From an uncultured Aquificales bacterium (GTDB lineage Bacteria; Thermosulfidibacterota; Thermosulfidibacteria; Thermosulfidibacterales; JALWSI01): a DNA stretch of 40,374 bases. Positions 25,135 to 32,636 of this stretch are shown here, one piece after another. Every line of letters starts with the position of its first letter. Positions within the stretch are counted from its first letter, which is position 1. The stretch lies in the NCBI GenBank assembly GCA_964569095.1, contig CAZMTB010000135.1, positions 1 through 40,374 on the forward strand, given 5' to 3'. The position numbers and the translations under genes were made by a program. Under the pieces are notes generated by a model. It did no database searches and was not told where the DNA came from. It was given only the letters and a program-made list of their open reading frames with translations.

Positions 25135-26151
25135 GTGAGTGCCCCGCCAAAGGTCAGCGTAATCGTTGTGAACTGGAACGGCGAGGGGGTGATAGGGGAG
25201 TGTTTGGCCAGCCTGGTGGAGCAGAGCCTTTCCCCTTTCGAGGTTATCGTCGTGGACAACGGTTCAACGGACGACTCTTTGAGGATCGTTCACTCCTTTG
25301 AGGGGAGACTCCCCCTGGTGGTGGTGCCCACCGGCGAGAACCTGGGCTTTGCAAGGGCAAACAACATTGGCATTGCCCTTTCCAGGGGTGAGCTTGTGGC
25401 CCTCCTGAACAACGATGCGGTGGCTGAGGGGGAGTGGCTGAGGGAGTTGGTTGCCACCATGGAGAGCCATCCGGGGTGCGGGGCGGTGGCTTCCAAACTG
25501 CTGGTTTACGGAGAAGATCGCATAGACAGTGCAGGAGACGGCTTCTCCACAGCCTTGAAGGGGTTCAAGATGGGAGAGGGTCAGCCCTCTTCCTGTCGAG
25601 CGGCGGAGGAGGAGGTGATGGCTGCCTGCGCAGGGGCTGCCCTTTACAAGAGGGAGTGCCTGGAAGAGGCGGGCCTCTTTGACGAAGACTTCTTTCTCAT
25701 CTGGGAGGATGTGGTCCTATCCTTGAGGATCAGGTGGAAGGGATGGCGCATCTTCTATTCTCCCAGGGCAGTGGTTTACCACAAGGTTAGGTCCTCCATA
25801 GGAAAGGAGAGCCACACCTCCGTGTACTACACGGTTAGAAATGCCACCTTCGTGAGGGTGAAGAATATCCCTTTGGGGATCTTCTTGCGCTGCCTCTTCC
25901 CCTATCTCTTGGGGGAGGTTGCCATGCTCTTCTACTTCTGCGTCAGGTGTGGCCAGTGGCGGGCATACCTTAAGGCGAAGCTGGACGCCTTTCTCAGCCT
26001 TCCCTTGCTGCTGCAGAAGAGAAGGGCGGTTATGGAGGGAAGGCGGTGCTCTTCTGATCGGTTCTTCTCCCTCTTCACCTCCGCATTCAGCAGGGGGTTC
26101 TTTCTTGCAAAGTTCAGGAAGTTCTGGGCACCTGTGGGAGGAGAGGCTTGA
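25135..26151 (+). CDS. Family 2 glycosyltransferase (GT-A fold)
   Basis: VSVIVVNWNG, VVDNGSTDDS, LLNNDA and the WEDVVLSLR (ED) motif. GTG start. Confidence 0.85.
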   Translation: MSAPPKVSVIVVNWNGEGVIGECLASLVEQSLSPFEVIVVDNGSTDDSLRIVHSFEGRLPLVVVPTGENLGFARANNIGIALSRGELVALLNNDAVAEGEWLRELVATMESHPGCGAVASKLLVYGEDRIDSAGDGFSTALKGFKMGEGQPSSCRAAEEEVMAACAGAALYKRECLEEAGLFDEDFFLIWEDVVLSLRIRWKGWRIFYSPRAVVYHKVRSSIGKESHTSVYYTVRNATFVRVKNIPLGIFLRCLFPYLLGEVAMLFYFCVRCGQWRAYLKAKLDAFLSLPLLLQKRRAVMEGRRCSSDRFFSLFTSAFSRGFFLAKFRKFWAPVGGEA

Positions 26152-28067
26152 CGGTGGAGCCGGATTGGGACGCCTTCTTCTCGCCTGGAGGATTGCTGTC
26201 TCGCAGGTGGAAGGGGTTCAGCTACCGCAAGGGACAGGAGGAGATGGCCCGCGCGGTGATGGAGACCCTGCTGGGCGGAGGGATAACCATAGTGGAGGCG
26301 GGAACAGGAACGGGTAAGAGCCTGGCCTACCTGGCAGGAGCGGTGAGGGCATCCTGGGAGAGGGAAGAACCGGTGCTCATCTCTACCACAACGAAGAACC
26401 TTCAGAACCAGATACTTGACCACGAGGTTCCCCTTCTGGAAGATGTGTTGCCCACTCCTTTCAAGGTTACCTTGATCAAGGGCAGACAGAACTATCTGTG
26501 TCTCTTCAGGCTACACTGGCTTGCCAACAAGAGGGGTGGCGAGAGAGACGCAGTGGCGGGAGTGCTGGAATGGACCCGGGAGACGGGTGATGGAGACCTG
26601 GAGAAGTCTCCCTTCTCTTCGCTTTCCCCTCATCTGGGTAGCAGCGGGGAGTACTGCATGGGGCAGATGTGTCCCTATTACCGCCGGTGTTTCTACTTCA
26701 GGGCCGTTCAACGGGCGGCGGGTTCGCAGGTTGTGGTGGTGAACCACCATCTCCTTCTACACCACCTCTTGCGGGAGGGAACCGCCCTTCCTCCTGCCGG
26801 GGCCCTGGTGGTGGACGAGGCTCACAAACTGGAGAGAATAGCCATGGAGGTTCTGGGGGTTAACGCCGACCTGGGGAGGCTTGCAGAGCTTCTCGATAGG
26901 GTGACCCAAAAGAGAACCCTCCTTGCGGGAGTTGAAGAGGAGGTGCTCCGGTGGCTATCCCCTGCCAAAGGGGTGGTGTTGAACCTTTCTAGGATCATGT
27001 CGGATCTTTGGGGCGATGGCGCTGGAAACCTCGAGTGGGAAGAGGTGGTGAATCCCGAGATCGAGGCCGGACTTAAGGAGCTGCTACACCACCTGGACAA
27101 GGCGGTTCTCTCTGGGGAGACCATGCTGAGGGAGGTGGATTCACAGGTGGCTGCCCAGGTGTCGTTGGAGTTGGGACTGAAGGAGGTGGTTGCCTACCGG
27201 GATGGCCTCAGGGGATTCCTGGGGGACAGCGGGGTGGGTAGTGTGAGGTGGGTGGAACCGTCCAGGGAGGGAAACCACGCCACCTTGAGGCTCATCAGGG
27301 TGGGAGTGGGTGAGATCTTGAGGGATGCGCTCTTTGAGCGTTTCGAGGCGGTGGTGCTAACCTCTGCCACCCTCACGGTGGGTGGCTCTTTCGAATACCT
27401 CCGACGGGGGCTCGGTATCCCACCCCATGCGGAGGAGCTCATGGTGGAGTCCCCTTTCGACTGGGGCAGGCAGATGGAGGTGGTGCTCTTTCCCGATGCT
27501 CCTGATCCGCGGGATGGGGACTACCTGGAGAGGCTTCTGGCGCTTTTGGTTGGGATACTGGAGCGAGAGGGGGGTGGCACCCTTTGTCTCTTTACCGCCC
27601 TCAACACCATGAGACAGATGGGGGAGTGGCTCAGGGGTAGGTTGCCGAACCTCTCCTTCTACGTTCAGGGAGAGGGTCCTCGTCACTTGTTGCAAGAGAC
27701 CTTCGCAAACGATCCCAAGGGTGTCCTGTTGGGGGTGGCCAGTTTCTGGGAGGGGGTGGACATGCCCGGCGACTCTCTGAAGAGCCTGGTGGTGGTAAAG
27801 CTGCCCTTCAGGTCTCCTGACGAGCCGGTGGCGAAGGCCATGGACAGGTTCTTGAGGGCTCGAGGGATGAATCCCTTCAACGACTTTGCCGTTCCCGATG
27901 CGGTGATTCTATTCAAGCAGGGGGTGGGTAGGTTGATACGCACGGAGAGGGATAGAGGCAGGGTTTACATTCTGGATCCCAGGGTGGTGAAGAGAGGGTA
28001 CGGCAGGTTCTTTCTCGATGCGTTGCCCACGGGGGCAAGAACGGTTTACTGGGAGGATTTGCAGTGA
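26148..28067 (+). CDS. dinG: DinG/Rad3(XPD)-family ATP-dependent DNA helicase with an Fe-S cluster domain and no exonuclease domain
   Basis: Walker A EAGTGTGKSLAYL and DEAH box VVDEAHKLE. The four-Cys set is NYLC...YCMGQMCPYYRRC. The C-terminal motifs are GVASFWEGVDMPG and GRLIRTERDRG. The TTG start overlaps the GT2 stop (TTGA). Confidence 0.85.
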   Translation: MTVEPDWDAFFSPGGLLSRRWKGFSYRKGQEEMARAVMETLLGGGITIVEAGTGTGKSLAYLAGAVRASWEREEPVLISTTTKNLQNQILDHEVPLLEDVLPTPFKVTLIKGRQNYLCLFRLHWLANKRGGERDAVAGVLEWTRETGDGDLEKSPFSSLSPHLGSSGEYCMGQMCPYYRRCFYFRAVQRAAGSQVVVVNHHLLLHHLLREGTALPPAGALVVDEAHKLERIAMEVLGVNADLGRLAELLDRVTQKRTLLAGVEEEVLRWLSPAKGVVLNLSRIMSDLWGDGAGNLEWEEVVNPEIEAGLKELLHHLDKAVLSGETMLREVDSQVAAQVSLELGLKEVVAYRDGLRGFLGDSGVGSVRWVEPSREGNHATLRLIRVGVGEILRDALFERFEAVVLTSATLTVGGSFEYLRRGLGIPPHAEELMVESPFDWGRQMEVVLFPDAPDPRDGDYLERLLALLVGILEREGGGTLCLFTALNTMRQMGEWLRGRLPNLSFYVQGEGPRHLLQETFANDPKGVLLGVASFWEGVDMPGDSLKSLVVVKLPFRSPDEPVAKAMDRFLRARGMNPFNDFAVPDAVILFKQGVGRLIRTERDRGRVYILDPRVVKRGYGRFFLDALPTGARTVYWEDLQ

Positions 28068-28720
28068 GAGTGGGTATCTTGGGAGGCACCTTCAACCCGA
28101 TACACATGGGTCACCTCGTGGCTGCCCAATGGGTGCTGGAGGCGGTTCACCTCACCAAGGTTCTCTTCGTTCCCTCTGCGACACCTCCCCACAAGGGAGA
28201 GGTGTTGTCCTACCACCACAGGAGCAGGATGGTGGAGCTCGCCATCGGGGACAACTGTGCCTTCGAGCTTTGCGGGATAGAGGCGGAGAGGGAGGGTCCT
28301 TCCTACACGGCGGACACCTTGAGGGAGCTTAGGGGTATTTACGGTGATGTGCTCTACTTCATCATGGGCACCGAGGCATTTCTCAACATCTATTCTTGGT
28401 ACGAGCCCCTCCGGGTGCTCGGCGGGGCCAATGTGGTGGTGATGGAGAGGGCGGGGTTCGAGGTGGATCCCGATGAGTTTCGGCGTTATCTGGAGGTGCT
28501 CTCCCTGAGGCTTAAGGGGGTGGATTTTTCGCCTGCGGGGGAGAGGACATGGAGGTGCGAGGTTGGAGGAACGGAGCACAGGGTGTATTTGACGCCAGTG
28601 CCACAGATAGGTATCTCCTCTTCTATGGTTAGGAGTAGATTGGAGAGGGGGTTAAGCGTAAAATACCTGGTGAAAGGAGAGGTGGAGAGGTATATTGGAG
28701 AGCATGGGTTGTACCGTTGA
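28064..28720 (+). CDS. nadD: Nicotinate-nucleotide adenylyltransferase
   Basis: GGTFNPIHMGH and ISSSMVRSRL motifs. The GTG start overlaps the dinG stop (GTGA). Confidence 0.9.
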   Translation: MRVGILGGTFNPIHMGHLVAAQWVLEAVHLTKVLFVPSATPPHKGEVLSYHHRSRMVELAIGDNCAFELCGIEAEREGPSYTADTLRELRGIYGDVLYFIMGTEAFLNIYSWYEPLRVLGGANVVVMERAGFEVDPDEFRRYLEVLSLRLKGVDFSPAGERTWRCEVGGTEHRVYLTPVPQIGISSSMVRSRLERGLSVKYLVKGEVERYIGEHGLYR

Positions 28721-29102
28721 GGGTAAGGTGGATCTGCCTGCCGAGGATCGCGTCTCGGAGATGGTCCACGTAGCAGTTGAGGCCATTGAGGAGAAACACG
28801 GAGAAGAGGTTGTTGCTTTGGACTTGCGGGGCCACAGTGCCATAGTTGATGCCTTCGTGATGTGCACCGCTTTAAGCTCTGCCCAGGCGAGGGCCATTGC
28901 AGACGAGGTGGAGATGGAGTTTTCGAAGCGGGGATGGCACCTGTGGCGGATGGAGGGTTACGATACTGCCAGATGGATATTGCTGGACTATGGTGATATA
29001 GCTGTGCACATATTCAGGGAGGAGGAGCGCAGGTTGTACGATCTGGACAGGCTATGGGGAGACGTTCCCAAGATTTGGCCTGAAGAGGAGGATGACGAAT
29101 GA
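28704..29102 (+). CDS. rsfS: Ribosomal silencing factor RsfS
   Basis: VVALDLRGHSAIVDAFVMCTALSSAQARAIADEV and WILLDYGDIAVHIF are family hallmarks. The start is uncertain: TTG 28695, ATG 28704 or ATG 28761. Confidence 0.8.
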   Translation: MGCTVEGKVDLPAEDRVSEMVHVAVEAIEEKHGEEVVALDLRGHSAIVDAFVMCTALSSAQARAIADEVEMEFSKRGWHLWRMEGYDTARWILLDYGDIAVHIFREEERRLYDLDRLWGDVPKIWPEEEDDE

Positions 29103-30346
29103 GGTTTCTCTTGGCGTCCATAGTTCCCTTGGTTCTGGTGATCTACGTGCTGATGATGAATCCCCAGTCTGTGCACGTCAAACTCACCAATCACCTCGCC
29201 TACGACGTTCCATTCGTCTTGGTAGTTGTGGTGCTCATCTCGGTAGGGTTCCTCTTTGCGTATCTCATGAACCTGGGAAGGGAGATGGGATTTCTGGTGG
29301 AGAGGCGTAAGTGGAAGAAGAGGGAGGATACCAGGGCCACGGTTGATGCACTCTACTCTGCGGCGGAGTTTCTCTACCGGGACGGAAGGGGAGAGGATGC
29401 GCTGGAGTTGTTGAAGAAAGCCCTGAAAGAGGACGCCACCTACGTTCCCGCTGCTGCTTTGATGGGCAGGATACTGAGGGAGATGGGTCGTTTCAAAGAG
29501 GCCCTTCAGGTGCACTCCAAGGTGAAACAGGGGGTGGCCAAGAGCTCGGTGCTGGGAATGGAGGTGGCAGAGGACTACCTGGCTTTGGGGGATTACCAGA
29601 GGGCGGTTGAGGAGCTTCAGACCCTCCTGAAGGATAAGATGGTTCCCAAAACCCTGGTTCTCAAGCTACTCGTTGAGGCCCATCTGGGGATGCAGGAGCT
29701 GAAGAGGGCTATTGCCTTTCAGGAGAGGGTGGTGAAGGAGACTCCACAGGGATTGAGGGAGAAGGAGGAGCTTAAACTGATTGGTATCCTCTACCAGGCC
29801 GCCGTAGAGGAGAAGGACGCTTCGGGATTGTTGAAGCTCACAAAGAAGCATCCCAAGTTCGTTCCCGCCTACCTCGCCTACTCCCAGCTTGTTGAACCCA
29901 AGAAGGCGATAGAGAGGCTTCAGAAGGGGTTGATGGAGAACCCCGAGGCCTTGGAGCTCGCAGACAGGTTGATGGAACTGGTGGCAGAAGAGGCACATCC
30001 CTCTGAGGCCATTCACTTCTTCCAGAGGTTCGCCTCTGCAAACACCAAGATGCCCCAAACGAGAATACCTCTGGTGATGCTCTACCTGAGGCTGGGCATG
30101 TTCTCGGAGGCGGTCAAGGCCTCTGGGTTGATAGATGCTCCGCTGGCCATGGCAGACCTTCTGAGGGCCAAGGCAAGGGAGGCAAACGGCGAGGAGAAGA
30201 TCGCCCTGGAGATGTACTCCAAGGGGTGCAAGGAGGGCCTGCTTCGCAGGTTCAAGTGCAGTAGTTGCGGTGCCATTCTCGACGACTGGGGAGAGCAATG
30301 CGACTCCTGTGGAACCTGGGGCTCTGTGCACCTGGAGTACCTGTGA
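29099..30346 (+). CDS. LapB (YciM)-like TPR/rubredoxin-type zinc-finger protein with an N-terminal LapA-like double-TM module
   Basis: The N-terminus has 2 TM helices followed by a KWKKRE basic stretch. TPR repeats follow. The C-terminus CSSCGAILDDWGEQCDSCGTWG is a C-x2-C-x10-C-x2-C pattern. ATGA overlap with rsfS. Confidence 0.7.
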   Translation: MRFLLASIVPLVLVIYVLMMNPQSVHVKLTNHLAYDVPFVLVVVVLISVGFLFAYLMNLGREMGFLVERRKWKKREDTRATVDALYSAAEFLYRDGRGEDALELLKKALKEDATYVPAAALMGRILREMGRFKEALQVHSKVKQGVAKSSVLGMEVAEDYLALGDYQRAVEELQTLLKDKMVPKTLVLKLLVEAHLGMQELKRAIAFQERVVKETPQGLREKEELKLIGILYQAAVEEKDASGLLKLTKKHPKFVPAYLAYSQLVEPKKAIERLQKGLMENPEALELADRLMELVAEEAHPSEAIHFFQRFASANTKMPQTRIPLVMLYLRLGMFSEAVKASGLIDAPLAMADLLRAKAREANGEEKIALEMYSKGCKEGLLRRFKCSSCGAILDDWGEQCDSCGTWGSVHLEYL

Positions 30347-30377
30347 TGAGGGTTCTTAGGGATAGAGGGACAGCTGG

Positions 30378-31595
30378 TTGAAGTTTAGCTACAAGGCCCG
30401 CGACGTAGATGGGAAGGTGGTTTCAGGGGAGATTGACGCCCCTACCCCCCAGGTTGCGGAACGGAAGCTGAGAGGAGAGGGCCTCTATCCACTCAACATA
30501 AAACCCATCAAGAAGGGCGGCTTGGGGGGAGAGATTTCAATCCCCTTTCTCAAGCCCAAGGTGAAGATAAAGCACGTCGCTATCTTCACCAGGCAGTTGG
30601 CGGCCATGATCGGGGCGGGTATTCCCCTTCCCACGGCAATCAACACCCTCTCCCAGCAGGTGGCCAGCAAGAAGCTGGCACAGATACTCACCGAGATCAG
30701 GGAGGACGTGGAGGGAGGCAGCAAGTTTTCCGAGGCCCTGAAGCGTCATCCCGAGACCTTCAGCAAGCTCTACATCAGCATGGTTGAGGCCGGAGAGGCA
30801 ACGGGTAACCTCGACCTCATGCTCAACCGGTGGTTCGTCTTCATCGAGAAGATACTGGCGTTGCGTCGCAAGGTTATCACCGCCATGGTGTATCCCCTCT
30901 TCGTGATCGTCATGGCCATTGGCATTGCGGCGTTTCTGTTGATCAAGATTGTTCCCACCTTCGTTGACATATTCAACCAGTCTCACGTGGAGCTTCCGGC
31001 CCTAACCAAGTTCATCATAGACATGAGCAACTTCCTGCGTTCTTCCTATGTCTATGTGGCGATAGCTCTTGTGGTGTTTGCCGTTGGCATGAGGTTTCTG
31101 CTCAAGGTCGATCGGGTTAAGGAGTTCATTGACAGGCTCTCTCTGCGGGTCTTCATCATTGGGCCTCTCATGAGGAAGGTAGCAGTGGCCCGTATCTCGC
31201 GAAGCCTGGCCACCATGGTTAAGAGCGGCATCCCCATTCTCGACACCTTGGACATCATTGCCGGGACCTCTGGCAACAAGGTGATTGCCGATGCCCTCCT
31301 GAGGGCCAGGGAGGACGTTGCCAAGGGAGAGGTGCTTTCGGTCAGCTTGAAGGCGTCAGGGGTCTTTCCGCCCATGATGCTGGAGATGCTTGCAGCTGGG
31401 GAGCAGACGGGTGCCGTGGACGAGATGATGGACAAGGTGGCCGACTTCTTCGAGGACGAGGTGGACGCGGCGGTTGAAGCGCTCACCTCCATGGTGGAGC
31501 CCTTGATGCTGGTCTTCATTGGCGGGTTCATAGGAACCATCGTGATCGCCCTCTACCTGCCCATCTTCAAACTGGCGGGGGCCGTGGGAGGATAG
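30378..31595 (+). CDS. pilC: Type II secretion / type IV pilus platform protein (GspF/PilC family)
   Basis: 405 aa with two T2SSF repeats, three TM segments and a typical N-terminus (KFSYKARDVDGKVVSGEIDA). TTG start. Confidence 0.85.
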   Translation: MKFSYKARDVDGKVVSGEIDAPTPQVAERKLRGEGLYPLNIKPIKKGGLGGEISIPFLKPKVKIKHVAIFTRQLAAMIGAGIPLPTAINTLSQQVASKKLAQILTEIREDVEGGSKFSEALKRHPETFSKLYISMVEAGEATGNLDLMLNRWFVFIEKILALRRKVITAMVYPLFVIVMAIGIAAFLLIKIVPTFVDIFNQSHVELPALTKFIIDMSNFLRSSYVYVAIALVVFAVGMRFLLKVDRVKEFIDRLSLRVFIIGPLMRKVAVARISRSLATMVKSGIPILDTLDIIAGTSGNKVIADALLRAREDVAKGEVLSVSLKASGVFPPMMLEMLAAGEQTGAVDEMMDKVADFFEDEVDAAVEALTSMVEPLMLVFIGGFIGTIVIALYLPIFKLAGAVGG

Positions 31596-32407
31596 TGAAA
31601 GTAGCGGCCTACCTTCTGCTTCCCCTCACGGGTCTGCTGGCGGGGTTCCTGGCAGGCCTTCTGGGAGTTGGGGGAGGGGTGATCATGGTTCCCATGCTAT
31701 TCTACCTCTTCCCCACCTTGGGATTTCCTCCAGAGGTGGCAGTACACATGGCCTTGGGAACCAGCTTGGCATCTGCAACCTTCCTCTCCCTCTCCAGCTC
31801 CATGGCCCACATCAAGAGGGGACACTTCCACAAGGAGGGCTTTCCCTTCGTGGCTGCCGGCGGGCTTTTGGGGGCGGTGGTGGGTTCAACCATTGCCACC
31901 CACGTGAACGGGGTTCTATTGAAGAAGGCCTTTGCCCTTCTCCTCTTCTACGCCGCTGCCAGAATCGGGTTGAACGTGGGAGCGAAGGAGGGTGTAGAGG
32001 AGGAGATAGTGACCCCCAGACCGGCGATTCTCTTTCCCGTGGGCCTGGCCGTGGGCACTCTGGCCTCCTTCTTTGGCATTGGGGGAGGGGTGGTGGCAGT
32101 GCCCTTGATGGTGATAATCATAGGCTTTCCCATGACCCTGGCGGTGGGCACCTCTGCCTCTCTCATCCCCTTCATCACCGGCATGGGGGCAGCGGGATAC
32201 GCCTTCTTCGGATCCCACTCTGGGATTTCTCTGCCCCCCCATTCCCTGGGATACGTCCACCTTCCCTCGTGGATCTCCCTGGTGGTGGGAGGAACCGTTG
32301 GTGCCCAGGTTGGTGCAAGGCTCACGGACAGAGTGAGGGTGTCCCTGCTTCGCCGTGCCTTTGCGGTGCTCTTGCTATTTACCGGGGTGAAGATACTCCT
32401 GGGGTAG
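31595..32407 (+). CDS. TauE/SafE family sulfite/anion exporter-like membrane protein
   Basis: 270 aa with an internally duplicated 4-TM architecture. GLLGVGGGVIMVP and FFGIGGGVVAVPLM motifs. The GTG start overlaps the pilC stop by 1 nt. Confidence 0.8.
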   Translation: MKVAAYLLLPLTGLLAGFLAGLLGVGGGVIMVPMLFYLFPTLGFPPEVAVHMALGTSLASATFLSLSSSMAHIKRGHFHKEGFPFVAAGGLLGAVVGSTIATHVNGVLLKKAFALLLFYAAARIGLNVGAKEGVEEEIVTPRPAILFPVGLAVGTLASFFGIGGGVVAVPLMVIIIGFPMTLAVGTSASLIPFITGMGAAGYAFFGSHSGISLPPHSLGYVHLPSWISLVVGGTVGAQVGARLTDRVRVSLLRRAFAVLLLFTGVKILLG

Positions 32408-32451
32408 GCGTGTCCTTGGGCGATTTTGCAAGCGGGGATATGTACTTCAGT

Positions 32452-32527
32452 TGGTGCCGGGGCCCAGAATTGAACTGGGGACACGTGGATTTTCAGTCCA
32501 CTGCTCTACCGACTGAGCTACCCCGGC
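32452..32527 (-). tRNA. tRNA-Phe (anticodon GAA), CCA encoded
   Basis: GCCGGGGTAGCTCAGTCGGTAGAGCAGTGGACTGAAAATCCAC...TTCAATTCTGGGCCCCGGCACCA. The anticodon loop is CTGAAAA. Confidence 0.92.
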
Positions 32528-32541
32528 CAGCGACAGAGCCC

Positions 32542-32571
32542 CTTATGTTCCAGGGGGCGGTGTGAAGTCAA
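32542..32571 (-). promoter_or_regulatory. Putative promoter of tRNA-Phe (TTGACT-18 nt-CATAAG)
   Basis: On the minus strand: TTGACTtcacaccgccccctggaaCATAAG. It ends 14 nt upstream of the mature tRNA 5' end. Confidence 0.3.
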
Positions 32572-32636
32572 GAGGCTTTGTGTAAAATCTCCTCCTTGTT
32601 GCCCCTCTTTGTCCTCTGGCGGTTGTGAGCTCAGGC

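Noticed and set aside
32408-32636. tRNA-Phe as a possible integration hotspot or genomic-island border next to the AddAB-like locus.
   Set aside because: No integrase, no duplicated tRNA 3'-end direct repeat, and no compositional break is visible on either side. The flanking genes are housekeeping.
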